A DNA stretch of 64,000 nucleotides from a bacterium. Its GTDB lineage: Bacteria; Hydrothermota; UBA3072; JAPDKE01. Position numbers and translations under genes: made by a program. The stretch's first letter is position 1. Every line of letters begins with the position of its first letter. Of this stretch, positions 28,776 to 39,645 are shown piece by piece. The stretch spans positions 15,107 through 79,106 of the forward strand of contig JAPDKE010000034.1 in NCBI GenBank assembly GCA_029258725.1. Direction: 5' to 3'. The notes beneath the pieces are model-generated. The model had not been told where the DNA came from. It searched no databases and worked only from the letters and a program-made list of their open reading frames with translations.

Positions 28776-29706
28776 GGTGAGGGAGATAATAAAAAAAGGA
28801 GATAATTTTCTCTTAACCACACACATTCATCATGATGGAGATTCCGTTGCATCCGAGTTAGCCCTTGCCCTTACATTAAAAAAACTTGGAAAGAGATTCC
28901 ATATATTCAACAACGACCCGGTTCCATACAGGTATAAAAATTTCCCATACATAGAACTTGCAACCACTCAACCCCCTCCTTTTGATTATGAATTCATCTT
29001 TGTCCTTGACTGTGCCTCACTTTCAAGAACAGGAAAGATAAGGGAAAAAATAAATTTTGAAAATAAAACTGTAATAAACATAGACCATCATATGAGCAAT
29101 GAAAGATTTGGTGATATAAACATTGTCCAGCCTGTTTCTTCCACTTCGGAGATAATATACGATATAATAAAAGACCTGGTGGAAATAGACAGGGATATTG
29201 CAACCTACATATACATGGGAATTTCAACCGATACCGGTGGATTCAGGTATCCCAATACAACCTCCCACTCCCTTGAGATTGCCTCTTTAATGGTGAAACT
29301 GGGGGCGGATCCAGGAAAAATAGGCGAACTTGTATGGTTCACAAATCCTGAAAGAAGGATAAAACTTCTTGGAAAGGTCTTGACAACCCTTGATGTCCGG
29401 GATGGTGTTGCCTTTATACATGTTACAAGGAGGATGATGGAGGAACTCGGGGCAAACGAGGATGATACGGAAGAATTCGTTGACTTCCCCCTTTCCATTG
29501 AGGGGATAAAGGTTGCGGTATTCTTAAAAGAAAGAGATGGAGGGGTTATAAAGGCATCCCTGAGGTCAAAAAAGGGAGTGAATGTGGAGAAAGTGGCAAG
29601 AGAGTTTGGAGGAGGAGGGCATAAAAATGCATCAGGATTTGAGGTGAATGGATACGATATGGAGAAACTCAAGGAAGTTTTGATGGAGAAGATATGTTTA
29701 TCCTGA
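28747..29706 (+). CDS. nrnA: DHH/DHHA1 phosphoesterase, NrnA-type oligoribonuclease / pAp phosphatase
   Basis: DHH motif (HIHHDGDS), DHHA1 with GGGH near the C-terminus, 319 aa. Confidence 0.8.
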   Translation: MSPWRRMVDEVREIIKKGDNFLLTTHIHHDGDSVASELALALTLKKLGKRFHIFNNDPVPYRYKNFPYIELATTQPPPFDYEFIFVLDCASLSRTGKIREKINFENKTVINIDHHMSNERFGDINIVQPVSSTSEIIYDIIKDLVEIDRDIATYIYMGISTDTGGFRYPNTTSHSLEIASLMVKLGADPGKIGELVWFTNPERRIKLLGKVLTTLDVRDGVAFIHVTRRMMEELGANEDDTEEFVDFPLSIEGIKVAVFLKERDGGVIKASLRSKKGVNVEKVAREFGGGGHKNASGFEVNGYDMEKLKEVLMEKICLS

Positions 29707-30884
29707 CGGCGTATGTTCTAATTGCAAGATATGATGGAATAATAGGACCCGTTGCGGAGAGATACATAGCAAGAGGAATTGAGAAGGCAGAAAGGGAAAA
29801 AGCGGATGCATTTATTCTCATGCTTGATACCCCTGGAGGATATGATGAGGCAATGAGGGGCATTGTCAAAAAAATCCTTTCAAGTAAAGTTCCCGTGATT
29901 GTTTATGTGTATCCTTCAGGGGGAAGGGCAGCATCTGCTGGAGTATTCATATGCATGGCAGCTCACAAGGTTGCAATGGCACCCGGAACAAACATAGGGG
30001 CGGCTCATCCTGTTTCCATAGGGAAGGAGGTTTCGGAGGAGATGAAGGAAAAGATTACCAACGATGCGTGTGCATATCTTCGCTCCATCATGGAGAAGAG
30101 GGGGAGGGACGCGTCATGGGCGGAGGAGGCGGTTGTGCACTCTTCATCCTTAACCGAGAAGGAGGCACTTGAGCGCGGGATAATAGACTGGGTGTGTGAG
30201 GACCTGGATGATTTGCTTGAGAAGGCAGGCCTTCAGGATAAGGAAAGAATTGAGTTTCCGTTGACCATGAGAGAAAGATTTCTTTCAAGGCTTGCAAATC
30301 CAAACATAGCATACATCCTCTTTATCATTGGATTTTACGGAATCCTCTTTGAGGTTACCCATCCAGGTGCAATAGTTCCGGGAGTGGTGGGCTCTATTTC
30401 CCTCATCCTTGCCTTCTTTGCCTTTCAGACTCTCCCCATAAACTATGCAGGGCTTTTGCTCATAGTCATGGGGATTGTGATGTTTATTCTTGAGGCGATA
30501 ACACCAACCAACGGTCCTCTCACCATAGGAGGTGTTGTGTCCATGGTTCTTGGTTCAGTCATGCTTATAAACACCGATGCCCCTTTTCTTAAAATCTCAT
30601 GGGGTGTTATAATAGCAGCAGTGGCAACAACTGCTGCATTCTTCATCTTTGCGGTTGGAATGGGGTTGAGGGCATTGAAAAGGAAGCCTGTTTCAGGGAC
30701 TCAGGGACTGGTGGGGGAGGAGGGAGAGGCAAGGACAAACATAGATAAGAAGGGGGGCACGGTTTTTGTCCATGGGGAGCTATGGGATGCATGGGCGGAT
30801 GAGAAAATTAAGAAAGGAGAAGCAGTTATCGTGGTGGAGGTTAAGGGACTGAAGTTAAAAGTCAAACGAAAGGAGGTATCATGA
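29694..30884 (+). CDS. nfeD: NfeD-family membrane-bound ClpP-class serine protease (stomatin operon partner)
   Basis: N-terminal ClpP-like domain (GGYDEAMRGIV...SGGRAASAGVFI), central TM bundle, C-terminal OB domain, 396 aa. Confidence 0.8.
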   Translation: MFILTAYVLIARYDGIIGPVAERYIARGIEKAEREKADAFILMLDTPGGYDEAMRGIVKKILSSKVPVIVYVYPSGGRAASAGVFICMAAHKVAMAPGTNIGAAHPVSIGKEVSEEMKEKITNDACAYLRSIMEKRGRDASWAEEAVVHSSSLTEKEALERGIIDWVCEDLDDLLEKAGLQDKERIEFPLTMRERFLSRLANPNIAYILFIIGFYGILFEVTHPGAIVPGVVGSISLILAFFAFQTLPINYAGLLLIVMGIVMFILEAITPTNGPLTIGGVVSMVLGSVMLINTDAPFLKISWGVIIAAVATTAAFFIFAVGMGLRALKRKPVSGTQGLVGEEGEARTNIDKKGGTVFVHGELWDAWADEKIKKGEAVIVVEVKGLKLKVKRKEVS

Positions 30885-31612
30885 AGAAAAGAAGAATGAG
30901 AATTGCAAAAGGTGTGTTTCCCAAGGCAAGCTTTGAGAGCATGAGGCATGCACTCATCAAGATGGAGCCCGGGAAAAGGTACACCGTAAACGAACTGAGG
31001 AAGCTGCTTGGAGTTGGAACAGCCAACCGCGTTATTGATATAATGTCCACTCCGAAAATTCTGGGATTCGTAAAGCGGGCTGAAGGAAGGGGGTACATTC
31101 TCACCGAAGAGGGTATAAAACTCAGGGAACTTCTCAGGAGAAACGACGAGACAGGAGTGAAGCGTATGCTGAGGGAAGCAATAAAGCGCTCTGACTTCTA
31201 CTCCTTCATTGAGAGCCTCAGGAAAAAGGATGTCTCACTGGATGAGATGGTGAAGGAGACCATGGAAAAATACAACTACAAGACAAAAGATATCAAAGGA
31301 TTCAAGTACAGGGTGGTGGGAGCTGCAAGAAAGCTGTGTGCCTATGCCTATGAAGGAATGGAAGTAAAGGTGGAAAGGAAGGAACATCTTTATTACATGC
31401 TTGGAAAGATGGCGGGGCTCGTGCTCAAAACAGGTAAGGATATGGAAACGAAAGCCACTCTTGAGGAGTTTGAAAAACTGCTTTACAACCTCCCCGTCGA
31501 GGATATACTTCTCAAACTTTTTGAAAAAGAGAAAAAGGTCATCCTTAAAAGGGACGACCTCTCACTCCTTGAACCTTTCCTTGAGGTCCTGGAGGAGGAG
31601 CTCATGAAATAG
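30881..31612 (+). CDS. Hypothetical protein with an N-terminal winged-helix-like segment, inserted between nfeD and the SPFH gene
   Basis: 243 aa. YTVNELRKLLGVGTANRVIDIMSTPKILGFVKRAEGRGYILTEEG looks like a wHTH. The remainder is K/E-rich and helical. No recognisable family. Confidence 0.45.
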   Translation: MKKRRMRIAKGVFPKASFESMRHALIKMEPGKRYTVNELRKLLGVGTANRVIDIMSTPKILGFVKRAEGRGYILTEEGIKLRELLRRNDETGVKRMLREAIKRSDFYSFIESLRKKDVSLDEMVKETMEKYNYKTKDIKGFKYRVVGAARKLCAYAYEGMEVKVERKEHLYYMLGKMAGLVLKTGKDMETKATLEEFEKLLYNLPVEDILLKLFEKEKKVILKRDDLSLLEPFLEVLEEELMK

Positions 31613-31621
31613 GAGGCGTGT

Positions 31622-32380
31622 ATGGGCATGATCATAACCATCTTCATCATTGTTGTTTTCATCCTTGCAAATGCGATAAAGGTGCTCCAGGAGTATGAAA
31701 GGGGTGTGGTTTTCAGACTTGGAAGATATGCAGGAGTTAAAGGTCCTGGTCTTGTTCTGATAATCCCGATAATTGACAGGCTCGTGAGAGTTTCTTTAAG
31801 AACGGTTGTGTTTGATGTCCCACCCCAGGATGTGATAACAAAGGACAACGTATCCGTGAAGGTGAATGCGGTTGTTTACTTCAGGGTGATGGACCCTGCA
31901 AAGGCGGTGATTGAGGTTCAGGATTACATATACGCAACCTCCCAGATGGCACAGACAACCCTGAGAAGCGTTCTTGGAGAGGCTGAACTTGATGAACTGC
32001 TTGCCGAGAGAGAGAAGATAAATCAGAAACTCCAGCAGATAATAGATAAGGAAACCGACCCATGGGGAGTGAAGGTTTCTGCAGTTGAGATAAAGCATGT
32101 TGACCTTCCTCAGGAGATGCAGCGCGCAATGGCTGCTCAGGCTGAGGCAGAAAGGGAAAGAAGGGCAAAGATAATCTCAGCAGAGGGAGAATATCAGGCA
32201 GCAAGGAGGCTGCGTGAGGCGGCTGAGATGCTTGAGGAACATCCAATAGCACTGCAACTGAGATACCTCCAGACCCTTTCAGAGGTGGCTGCTGAGAACA
32301 ACTCAACAACCATATTCCCTGTCCCCATAGACCTGTTCAAGCCATTCCTTGAAGGAATGGCAAAGAAGAAAAAGAAGTGA
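31622..32380 (+). CDS. SPFH/band-7 (stomatin-like) protein
   Basis: N-terminal TM helix and an SPFH core ([16 protein letters not shown]...[11 protein letters not shown]), 252 aa. Confidence 0.9.
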   Translation: MGMIITIFIIVVFILANAIKVLQEYERGVVFRLGRYAGVKGPGLVLIIPIIDRLVRVSLRTVVFDVPPQDVITKDNVSVKVNAVVYFRVMDPAKAVIEVQDYIYATSQMAQTTLRSVLGEAELDELLAEREKINQKLQQIIDKETDPWGVKVSAVEIKHVDLPQEMQRAMAAQAEAERERRAKIISAEGEYQAARRLREAAEMLEEHPIALQLRYLQTLSEVAAENNSTTIFPVPIDLFKPFLEGMAKKKKK

Positions 32381-34956
32381 TATTCCTTTTGTTTTGCTCC
32401 CAGACCCTGGGGGAGGTCTTAAATATCCTTGACCTCCCCCCTTCCTCCTACATATTTGAAAGACTTGAGTGGAGAGAGGGAGAGACAAAATGCGTTCTTC
32501 CTGCGGTGGAGGAATGGGTTAAAAACCCATTGGAGGCTGTTGAATGGGTGGAAGAATTTGAAAATCAAACACCCTCCTTCTGTGTGAAAAAAGGGCTTGA
32601 AATCCTTGAAATAAAACCACCCGGAATACCAAAGAAGAAAAAAACACTTGAGGAACTCATTTCGCTTATTGAAAAGATTGACATGGACATAAAGAATATA
32701 ACTTCAAGTATTCCTGAAAATAAACTGAAGAAACTCCTTTACAAACTTCCTCTTTTATGGGTGGACGATACCCTTGATGCGTGGGTTAAGGGAGTTCTGT
32801 GTGAGAATCCGGATACATTAAAGTGGGTTGAGGATTCTGTTTTCTTTTATATGGGGAAGATAAACTGGAGGAGGATAGTGAGGGATGGTGTGGAGCTCTT
32901 TTTCTTTTTGATGGAGAATGGGGAGGAATTGAAAAAGTCTCTACCAGGGACCCTCACGATTATCCCTTTCTCTTCAGGAACTCTTGTGCTTGGAACTCCT
33001 GGAGCCGATGTTTATGAAAATGCAGGGTTTGTCATAGACCCTGGTGGTGATGACGTTTACAGGGGAAGGTGTGGGGGAGGGGTGCTGCATGCTGGATTTG
33101 TGCTTGATTTTGGAGGGAACGATTATTATGAAGGAAAGATTGTCTCCCTTGGTGCAGGGTTGCTTGGATGTGGGGTTCTTATAGACCTTGGAGGAGATGA
33201 TGTTTACTGTGCAGGTCCCTATTCCCTTGGATGTGGATATGGAGGGTGCGGCATTCTCTATGACAGGGAAGGGAATGATAATTACCGGGGATATGTGATG
33301 GGTGTGGGGGCAGGAAACTTTGGTGAGGGAGTACTGATTGATGAGGGAGGAAACGATATTTATTCAATCTATTCCTGGGGTGAGGGATTTGGTGGGTCTC
33401 TTGGATGTGGTATTCTTTACGATAAAAGGGGAAGCGATGTATATCACGCAGGAGGAAGATATTATCACAGACCTCTTCATCCTTCATCCTTCAGGTCCTT
33501 TGCGCAGGGATTTGCCATAGGTGAAAGACCCGGGTATGGAGGTGGGGCTGGGATTCTTTATGATGGAGAGGGAAATGATTTCTACAATGCGCAGATTTAT
33601 GCCCAGGGCTGTGCCTACTGGTTTTCGTGTGGTATCCTTTATGATGGGAAAGGAGAGGACCACTATGTTGCAACCGAGTATGCCCAGGGCGCTGGAATTC
33701 ATCTTGCATGCGGAATTCTTGTGGATAGGGAAGGAAATGACCTTTACTTTTCCAGGTATGGACCTTCTCTTGGTGAGGGGCATGACCTCTCCTGTGGAAT
33801 CCTGCTTGATGGGGGAGGGGATGACTGGTACTGTGTGAGTGGTGGAATAGGGGTTGGGATAAACAATTCCTTTGGATTTCTCCATGATGCAGGTGGAGAT
33901 GATGTGTATGCTGTTACGGAAGAACTCGGTGTTGGAGATGTAAACTGGGGGAGGAAGTTTGCATCTCTTGGTGTTTTTGTTGACGATGGTGGAAAGGATT
34001 ACTATCTCAATTCTCCCGGGAGGGATGACAGGGGGTGGGTGCAGAAGGGCTATGGAATAGGGGTGGACAGAAACAGTGAGAAAAAGGAGGAGAAAAGACA
34101 GAGGCCGGTTCCTGATTTTTCAAAAATGACCACCGGGGAGGTTTTTGAGATAGCATCCGAGTGGGGTGTGGGGGAGAATGAAAAAAGGGTAAAGGCTGCA
34201 AGGGAGGAACTTGCAAAGAGGGATGATGTTCTTGATTACATTTTTAAAAACAAAATGGATACGGAAAGCGGACTTGATTTGAGGGCAATTAAGGCGGTTT
34301 TTGAAAAGAAGGGGAAGGAGTGCTATCCAGGGCTTTACAGGGCATTGAGAGGGAAAAAGGAGGAAGTAAAGAATGCCCTTTATCTCATAGGGGAACTTGA
34401 ATTTAAGGAATTTGAGGATACGCTTCTTTCAATGCTTGATAGAAAGGAATACACCCGGTATGTGATCTCTGCTCTTGGAAAGATTCATTCAAAAAAGGCG
34501 GTGGGAAGGATTAAGGAGTATTTAAAGAAAGGGGAGGAGAGGGTCAAGGTTGTGGCAGCCCTTGCCCTGGGAAGGATAAAGGACCCTGAGGGACTGCCCC
34601 CTCTGCTTGATGCGCTTTCCTCACCCTCCTTAATCGTTCGCTCCGCATGTGAGCATGCGCTGGGAGAATTTGGAAAGGATGCCATAGAGGAGATAGAAAA
34701 AAGGCTAAAAAGGAGGGAAAACGTTATTTATCTTTTGAGGGTTCTGGGAAACATAGGGGATGGGAAGGAGGATCCTGAAGTAAAGGCTTTAATTTACCCA
34801 TTCCTGGAGGACAAGGATCCAAGAATAAGACTCTTTGCCGTCCGTGCACTTGTAAGGTGTGGTGGTGAGGATGTGAAGGAGGTATTGAAGATAATGAAAG
34901 GAAAAGAAACCGACCCATGGGTGAGGGGGGAGATAGAGAGGTATTTTGAGAAATAG
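32377..34956 (+). CDS. Large protein with an about 190-aa N-domain, about 12 tandem 27-aa G(ILV)L.D..G.D.Y beta-solenoid-like repeats, and C-terminal HEAT (PBS-lyase-type) repeats
   Basis: 859 aa. Repeats include [94 protein letters not shown] and GGKDYYLNS at a regular period. The C-terminus has [22 protein letters not shown] / [16 protein letters not shown] repeats. ATGA-coupled to the SPFH gene. Confidence 0.6.
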   Translation: MIFLLFCSQTLGEVLNILDLPPSSYIFERLEWREGETKCVLPAVEEWVKNPLEAVEWVEEFENQTPSFCVKKGLEILEIKPPGIPKKKKTLEELISLIEKIDMDIKNITSSIPENKLKKLLYKLPLLWVDDTLDAWVKGVLCENPDTLKWVEDSVFFYMGKINWRRIVRDGVELFFFLMENGEELKKSLPGTLTIIPFSSGTLVLGTPGADVYENAGFVIDPGGDDVYRGRCGGGVLHAGFVLDFGGNDYYEGKIVSLGAGLLGCGVLIDLGGDDVYCAGPYSLGCGYGGCGILYDREGNDNYRGYVMGVGAGNFGEGVLIDEGGNDIYSIYSWGEGFGGSLGCGILYDKRGSDVYHAGGRYYHRPLHPSSFRSFAQGFAIGERPGYGGGAGILYDGEGNDFYNAQIYAQGCAYWFSCGILYDGKGEDHYVATEYAQGAGIHLACGILVDREGNDLYFSRYGPSLGEGHDLSCGILLDGGGDDWYCVSGGIGVGINNSFGFLHDAGGDDVYAVTEELGVGDVNWGRKFASLGVFVDDGGKDYYLNSPGRDDRGWVQKGYGIGVDRNSEKKEEKRQRPVPDFSKMTTGEVFEIASEWGVGENEKRVKAAREELAKRDDVLDYIFKNKMDTESGLDLRAIKAVFEKKGKECYPGLYRALRGKKEEVKNALYLIGELEFKEFEDTLLSMLDRKEYTRYVISALGKIHSKKAVGRIKEYLKKGEERVKVVAALALGRIKDPEGLPPLLDALSSPSLIVRSACEHALGEFGKDAIEEIEKRLKRRENVIYLLRVLGNIGDGKEDPEVKALIYPFLEDKDPRIRLFAVRALVRCGGEDVKEVLKIMKGKETDPWVRGEIERYFEK

Positions 34957-34958
34957 TC

Positions 34959-35861
34959 TTATGGCCGCAGGAGAAGAGCATTAATCACGGGTGAGATATC
35001 CTTTCCAAGGCTGAAAAATACCTTCTTATTGTTCACCGGTGATATTGCTATCAGTTTTCCTTTAAATATAATTCCCGCATAATTCTTAAATCCATGATGA
35101 ACAACCACAACCGCGGTTTTTCCCATCGGGTCAGTCGTGATGTAAGCAGTATCAGGGGGGAGGGGGAGTGTATCCACTACATACACACATACCGCAGGAT
35201 TGTCCTCAAGGCATACTGGATTTCCCTCTCCTTTCCATTTGACATTCACAAGCACCGGAGGCTTCCCGGAAAGAAGTTCGATATTTTTAATTTCCCTTCC
35301 CTTATACCTTACCTTTCCTTTCTTAACCTCCACAACCTTCCTTCCCATGCATTCTATCCTCCCTGCAAGCACGGAGTCTCCAGAAACAACGTATTCAGGT
35401 TCAGGCAGGGGTTTTATCTCCATCTTAATCCACATTCCATTCTTCTTTCCCTCAACAACAAAACCATCGTGATGGATCGTGATAATTCCCTCTCCCTCCC
35501 CTTTCACCGGGTCAAGCAGGTAAAGATTTGCGGTGAATTTATATACCCCTTCCTTTTCCTTTTTCCAGTCCCTTTTTCCGGTCAGGGCAAGGAGCAACCG
35601 GTGGGGGTCAATTCCTGAAAGCCCCTCCACTTCAAAGGAATCGGGCGAAAAGACCTTCCCTTTCCCTTCCATATCAAGGGGAGGATACATGCCTTTTTCC
35701 CTGTGCAATTTCAGGGTAAACTGGTAGGGAATTGCCTCCGCCAGTGCGGTATCGGGGTCAGGAAGTGGCTGGTGGGCGCAGTTCAGTGCCGCAAGGCACG
35801 AAATATACAGTATCCAAGCCCACCGAATATGATTAAAAGACCGAAGATTAAAGTTGCCCAT
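34959..35861 (-). CDS. Hypothetical lipoprotein
   Basis: 300 aa, lipobox LAALNC, beta-rich mature domain. No family assignment. Confidence 0.45.
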   Translation of the reverse strand: MGNFNLRSFNHIRWAWILYISCLAALNCAHQPLPDPDTALAEAIPYQFTLKLHREKGMYPPLDMEGKGKVFSPDSFEVEGLSGIDPHRLLLALTGKRDWKKEKEGVYKFTANLYLLDPVKGEGEGIITIHHDGFVVEGKKNGMWIKMEIKPLPEPEYVVSGDSVLAGRIECMGRKVVEVKKGKVRYKGREIKNIELLSGKPPVLVNVKWKGEGNPVCLEDNPAVCVYVVDTLPLPPDTAYITTDPMGKTAVVVVHHGFKNYAGIIFKGKLIAISPVNNKKVFFSLGKDISPVINALLLRP

Positions 35862-35871
35862 GCCGATGGGT

Positions 35872-37335
35872 TCATTCCTCCCTCCTTCCCTTTATTCCCA
35901 TGAGTATTCCACAGAGGAGAACCACTCCAAGGTATGCAACTCCAAGTGCCAGTGCACCTTTTGGATATCCCTCGTATGGGCTTTTTATTTCGGTGTAGAG
36001 GGAGAATCCGAGACTCCATATAAGAACGAGAGGAATTACCACCCTTATCATCGCATCCCACCACTTTCCTATCTTTATCTCCGAGAGTTCATTCACATAC
36101 TCTCTTATCACCTTTGGTCCAAGGAGGTATCCCACGAATATTGCCTCAATCAGTCCAACAAGAACAAGTCCGTAGTTTGAAATAAAGTGGTCTGCTATGT
36201 CAAGCCAGAAGAGTCCGGAACGGGTTGTGAATATGAGTCCGGGTATGAAGGCCGCAAGGGATATAAGGAAGTTGAGAACCGGTCTCGGGAGTTTCCACTT
36301 TTCCATTCCCGCCATTGAAAATGCCTCAACGAGAGAAAATGCAGAGTCAATCCCAAGGGTGAGCAACATCAGGAAGAAGAGGCATCCAAAGAGGGGTCTT
36401 GCAAAGGGAAGGAGGTTTATTATGGTTGGATAGGTTACAAACGCAAGCCCTGGTCCGGATGCGATAACATTCTCAACAGGGACTCCCTGCATCTTTGCCA
36501 GGTATCCAAGGGTTGAGAAGACCGCAATCCCGCCCAGGAAACTTGTCCCGGTATCTGCAAGACCTATTATGAATGCGTTGTTCACTATGTCTGATTTTGG
36601 CGGGAGGGATGATGCATATGCTATCATCACTCCAAATCCAATGGAGAAGGAGAAGAAGATCTGGGAGTATGCGTTGAGCCACACCATCGGGTCTTTGAGT
36701 GCCGCAAAGTTTGGTGTGAGGTAGTATCTCAATCCCTCAAGTGCCCCCGGAAGGGTTATTCCTCTTATGATGAAAACAAGAAGGATAATCCAAGGAAGGA
36801 CCACGGTAACATAAACAACCTTTCCAACCGATTTTACTCCCTTTATGATGGAGAGATATATCCACACCCATGTGAATACAAGACCAATGACTATGAGCAT
36901 CTTAAATCCACCGAATTCAAAGGGTCCCTGGGTGAGTCCCAGGAAGCGGTTGAAGAAGAAGTCTTTGGTGTTTTCTCCCCATGAGAGTTTGAAGGAATAG
37001 AAGAAGTAGTTGAAAGCCCACGACATTATAACCGCATAGTAAATAACGATTCCAAAACCCACAAACACAGCACACCATCCCAGGTATCTCCAGTTTTTCC
37101 TCATGCTTTCAAATGCAAGGGGTGCTGCATGCCCTGTTTTGTGCCCAAGACCAAATTCAAGGATAAGGAGGGGTATTCCCGCTGTTATCATTGCAATGAA
37201 ATACGGGATTATAAATGCCCCTCCACCGTACCGGTAGGCAATGTAAGGGAACCTCCAGATGTTCCCAAGTCCAATTGCAGAACCTATGGCGGCAAGTATG
37301 AAGGAGACTCTCGTATCCCAGTATTCTCTCTGCAT
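35872..37335 (-). CDS. Sodium-dependent transporter, SNF/NSS family
   Basis: N-terminal W..R..FILAAIGSAIGLGNIWRFPY signature, 12-TM, 487 aa. Confidence 0.9.
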   Translation of the reverse strand: MQREYWDTRVSFILAAIGSAIGLGNIWRFPYIAYRYGGGAFIIPYFIAMITAGIPLLILEFGLGHKTGHAAPLAFESMRKNWRYLGWCAVFVGFGIVIYYAVIMSWAFNYFFYSFKLSWGENTKDFFFNRFLGLTQGPFEFGGFKMLIVIGLVFTWVWIYLSIIKGVKSVGKVVYVTVVLPWIILLVFIIRGITLPGALEGLRYYLTPNFAALKDPMVWLNAYSQIFFSFSIGFGVMIAYASSLPPKSDIVNNAFIIGLADTGTSFLGGIAVFSTLGYLAKMQGVPVENVIASGPGLAFVTYPTIINLLPFARPLFGCLFFLMLLTLGIDSAFSLVEAFSMAGMEKWKLPRPVLNFLISLAAFIPGLIFTTRSGLFWLDIADHFISNYGLVLVGLIEAIFVGYLLGPKVIREYVNELSEIKIGKWWDAMIRVVIPLVLIWSLGFSLYTEIKSPYEGYPKGALALGVAYLGVVLLCGILMGIKGRREE

Positions 37336-37389
37336 ACCACCTCCTTTTTGGTGTATTTTATCAGGAGAAATAAGTATGTCAACAGAATT

Positions 37390-38043
37390 TTATTGAGTTT
37401 CTTCTTCAATTCTCCCCTTTACAAGATATACTATTCTTTCACATATATTTGTGATTCTGTCTCCTATGCGTTCCAGGTTGTGGGCAACCCAGAGCAAATA
37501 GGTTGCCCGGGTTATCGTTCTTGGGTCCTCTATCATGTAGGAGAGAAGTTCCCGGTAAATCTGTTCATAAAGCATGTCAATTTCATCATCCTCTGCGTGT
37601 ATTTTTTTCGCACTTTCCACATCGCGCCTCAAAAATGCCTCAAGACTCCTCCTTAACATATTCACTGCTTTTTCCGCCATTCTTGGAATATCTATGAGAG
37701 GTTTTACAAGGGGTTTTTTACCGTGCATGAGGATGATCTTGGCAATTCCTTCGGCATGGTCTCCCATCCTCTCAAGGTCCGTAATAATGCTCAGAATAGC
37801 GATGAATTCTCTCAATTCAGTTGCCACAGGTTGCTGAGTTGCTATGAGATTTACACATTTCTCTTCCATTTTCCATCTCTTTTCATCTATTTTCCGGTCA
37901 CCTTCTATTATTTTCTGAGCCTCCTCCATGTTGAGTTCCTTCAATGCAAGTATGGCTTTCTGAATGGCGTTTATGACCATGTTTCCCATCTCAACCAGGT
38001 CTTCTTCCAGTTCTTTTATCTTTAAATGAAAGAATTCCCTCAT
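37390..38043 (-). CDS. phoU: Phosphate signalling complex protein PhoU
   Basis: Two PhoU repeats. The track ORF extends to 38133 but the conserved PhoU start is MREFFHLKIKELEEDL at 38043. Confidence 0.85.
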   Translation of the reverse strand: MREFFHLKIKELEEDLVEMGNMVINAIQKAILALKELNMEEAQKIIEGDRKIDEKRWKMEEKCVNLIATQQPVATELREFIAILSIITDLERMGDHAEGIAKIILMHGKKPLVKPLIDIPRMAEKAVNMLRRSLEAFLRRDVESAKKIHAEDDEIDMLYEQIYRELLSYMIEDPRTITRATYLLWVAHNLERIGDRITNICERIVYLVKGRIEEETQ

Positions 38044-38056
38044 TCTGTCCTCCTTT

Positions 38057-38836
38057 TTATCCAAAACGTCCGCTGATGTAATCTTCTGTGAGTTTATTTT
38101 CCGGATTGGTGAAAATACGGTCTGTCTCACCAAACTCTATCAGTTCTCCAAGATACAGAAACCCTGTGAAGTCGGAAACCCTTGCGGCCTGCTGCATACT
38201 GTGGGTGACAAGCACAAGTGTATATTCTTCCTTTAATTTAACCATGAGTTCCTCTATTCTGAATGTGCTTATAGGGTCAAGTGCAGAACAGGGCTCGTCA
38301 AGCAGAAGGACCTCTGGCTCAACTGCTATAGCCCTTGCAATGCACAGTCTCTGTTGCTGTCCTCCAGAAAGTTCCAGTGCAGAATGGTGTAATCTTTCCT
38401 TCACCTCATCCCACAACCCAACGTGTTTCAGGACCTTTTCAACAATCTCATCTATTTTTCTTTTACTTTTTATCCCGTTTATCCTCAATCCGTAGGCTAT
38501 GTTTTCATAAATGGAAAATGGAAAGGGATTTGGCTTCTGAAAAACCATTCCTATTTTTCTCCTTATTTCTACCACACTCACATCTTTTGAATGGATATCC
38601 TTTCCATCAAGCAAAATGCTTCCTTCAATTTTAAATCCTGGAACAAGGTCGTTTATTCGATTGAGTGTGCGAAGCAGTGTTGATTTCCCGCATCCAGATG
38701 GACCTATAATTGCAGTTATTGCATGCTCCGGTATTTTAAGGGATATGTTTTTCAGAACATGATGCTCACCAAACCACACATTCAGATTTTTTATCTCCAG
38801 TTTTACCATGCTCTCCTCCTTCTGTATCGGAGCCAT
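38057..38836 (-). CDS. pstB: Phosphate ABC transporter ATP-binding protein
   Basis: Walker [10 protein letters not shown], signature LSGGQQQR, Walker B LLLDEP, 259 aa. Confidence 0.95.
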   Translation of the reverse strand: MAPIQKEESMVKLEIKNLNVWFGEHHVLKNISLKIPEHAITAIIGPSGCGKSTLLRTLNRINDLVPGFKIEGSILLDGKDIHSKDVSVVEIRRKIGMVFQKPNPFPFSIYENIAYGLRINGIKSKRKIDEIVEKVLKHVGLWDEVKERLHHSALELSGGQQQRLCIARAIAVEPEVLLLDEPCSALDPISTFRIEELMVKLKEEYTLVLVTHSMQQAARVSDFTGFLYLGELIEFGETDRIFTNPENKLTEDYISGRFG

Positions 38837-39645
38837 ATGGCGAAAGAATTTATTCCCAGAACGAGCAGCAACAAGACCACAGCAGTTCCAAATGCGATAG
38901 GAACCTGTTTTTCAGGAAACGTTCCTTCCGTCATCAGGGCATAAATGTGATAGGGAAGAGCCATAACTTCATCAAACAGGGAGCGGGGAAGATGTGCAGT
39001 ATAGAAGGTTGCGGCAGTAAAAAGTATGGGGGCAGTCTCACCCGCGGCTCTTCCCACCCCAAGTATTGCTCCTGTAAGGATTCCAGGAAGTGCGGAGGGA
39101 AGAACCACGTTTTTCACGGTCTGCCATCGTGTTGCTCCCAGTGCAAGAGATGCCTCCCTGAGTTCCCGGGGAACTGATTTAATTGCCTCCTCGGACGCCC
39201 TTATGATTACCGGGAGTATCAGGATTCCCAGGGTTAGAGAGCCTGAAAGAACAGAGACGCCAAAGCCCAGTAATTTTACAAACACAGCGAGACCAAAAAG
39301 TCCAAAAACAACCGACGGAGTTCCGGCAAGATTGTTTATTCCTATCCTGATCAGTTTTACAATTCTTCTGGATGTGGCATATTCGGTGAGATAAACAGCC
39401 GTCATAACTCCAAGAGGCAGAGAGAAAAAGACGGCACCAAGGGAAAGGAGGAAGGTGCCCACAATGGCAGGAAATATTCCTCCTTCGGTCATTGCCTTCC
39501 TGGGAAAATCAAAGAGAAAAGAGGGGGAGATTACCTTTATTCCATTGATAAATATGAAGAAAAGGATAAGGAACAGAGAGAGAAGCGCAAACAGGACCGA
39601 AATCAAACAGAAGGCAATACCCCCGATCTCCACTGCCTTCCTCAT
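38803..39645 (-). CDS. pstA: Phosphate ABC transporter permease PstA
   Basis: Six-TM permease with an EAA-like loop. Third permease-order gene of pstSCAB. Confidence 0.9.
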   Translation of the reverse strand: MRKAVEIGGIAFCLISVLFALLSLFLILFFIFINGIKVISPSFLFDFPRKAMTEGGIFPAIVGTFLLSLGAVFFSLPLGVMTAVYLTEYATSRRIVKLIRIGINNLAGTPSVVFGLFGLAVFVKLLGFGVSVLSGSLTLGILILPVIIRASEEAIKSVPRELREASLALGATRWQTVKNVVLPSALPGILTGAILGVGRAAGETAPILFTAATFYTAHLPRSLFDEVMALPYHIYALMTEGTFPEKQVPIAFGTAVVLLLLVLGINSFAIWLRYRRRRAW

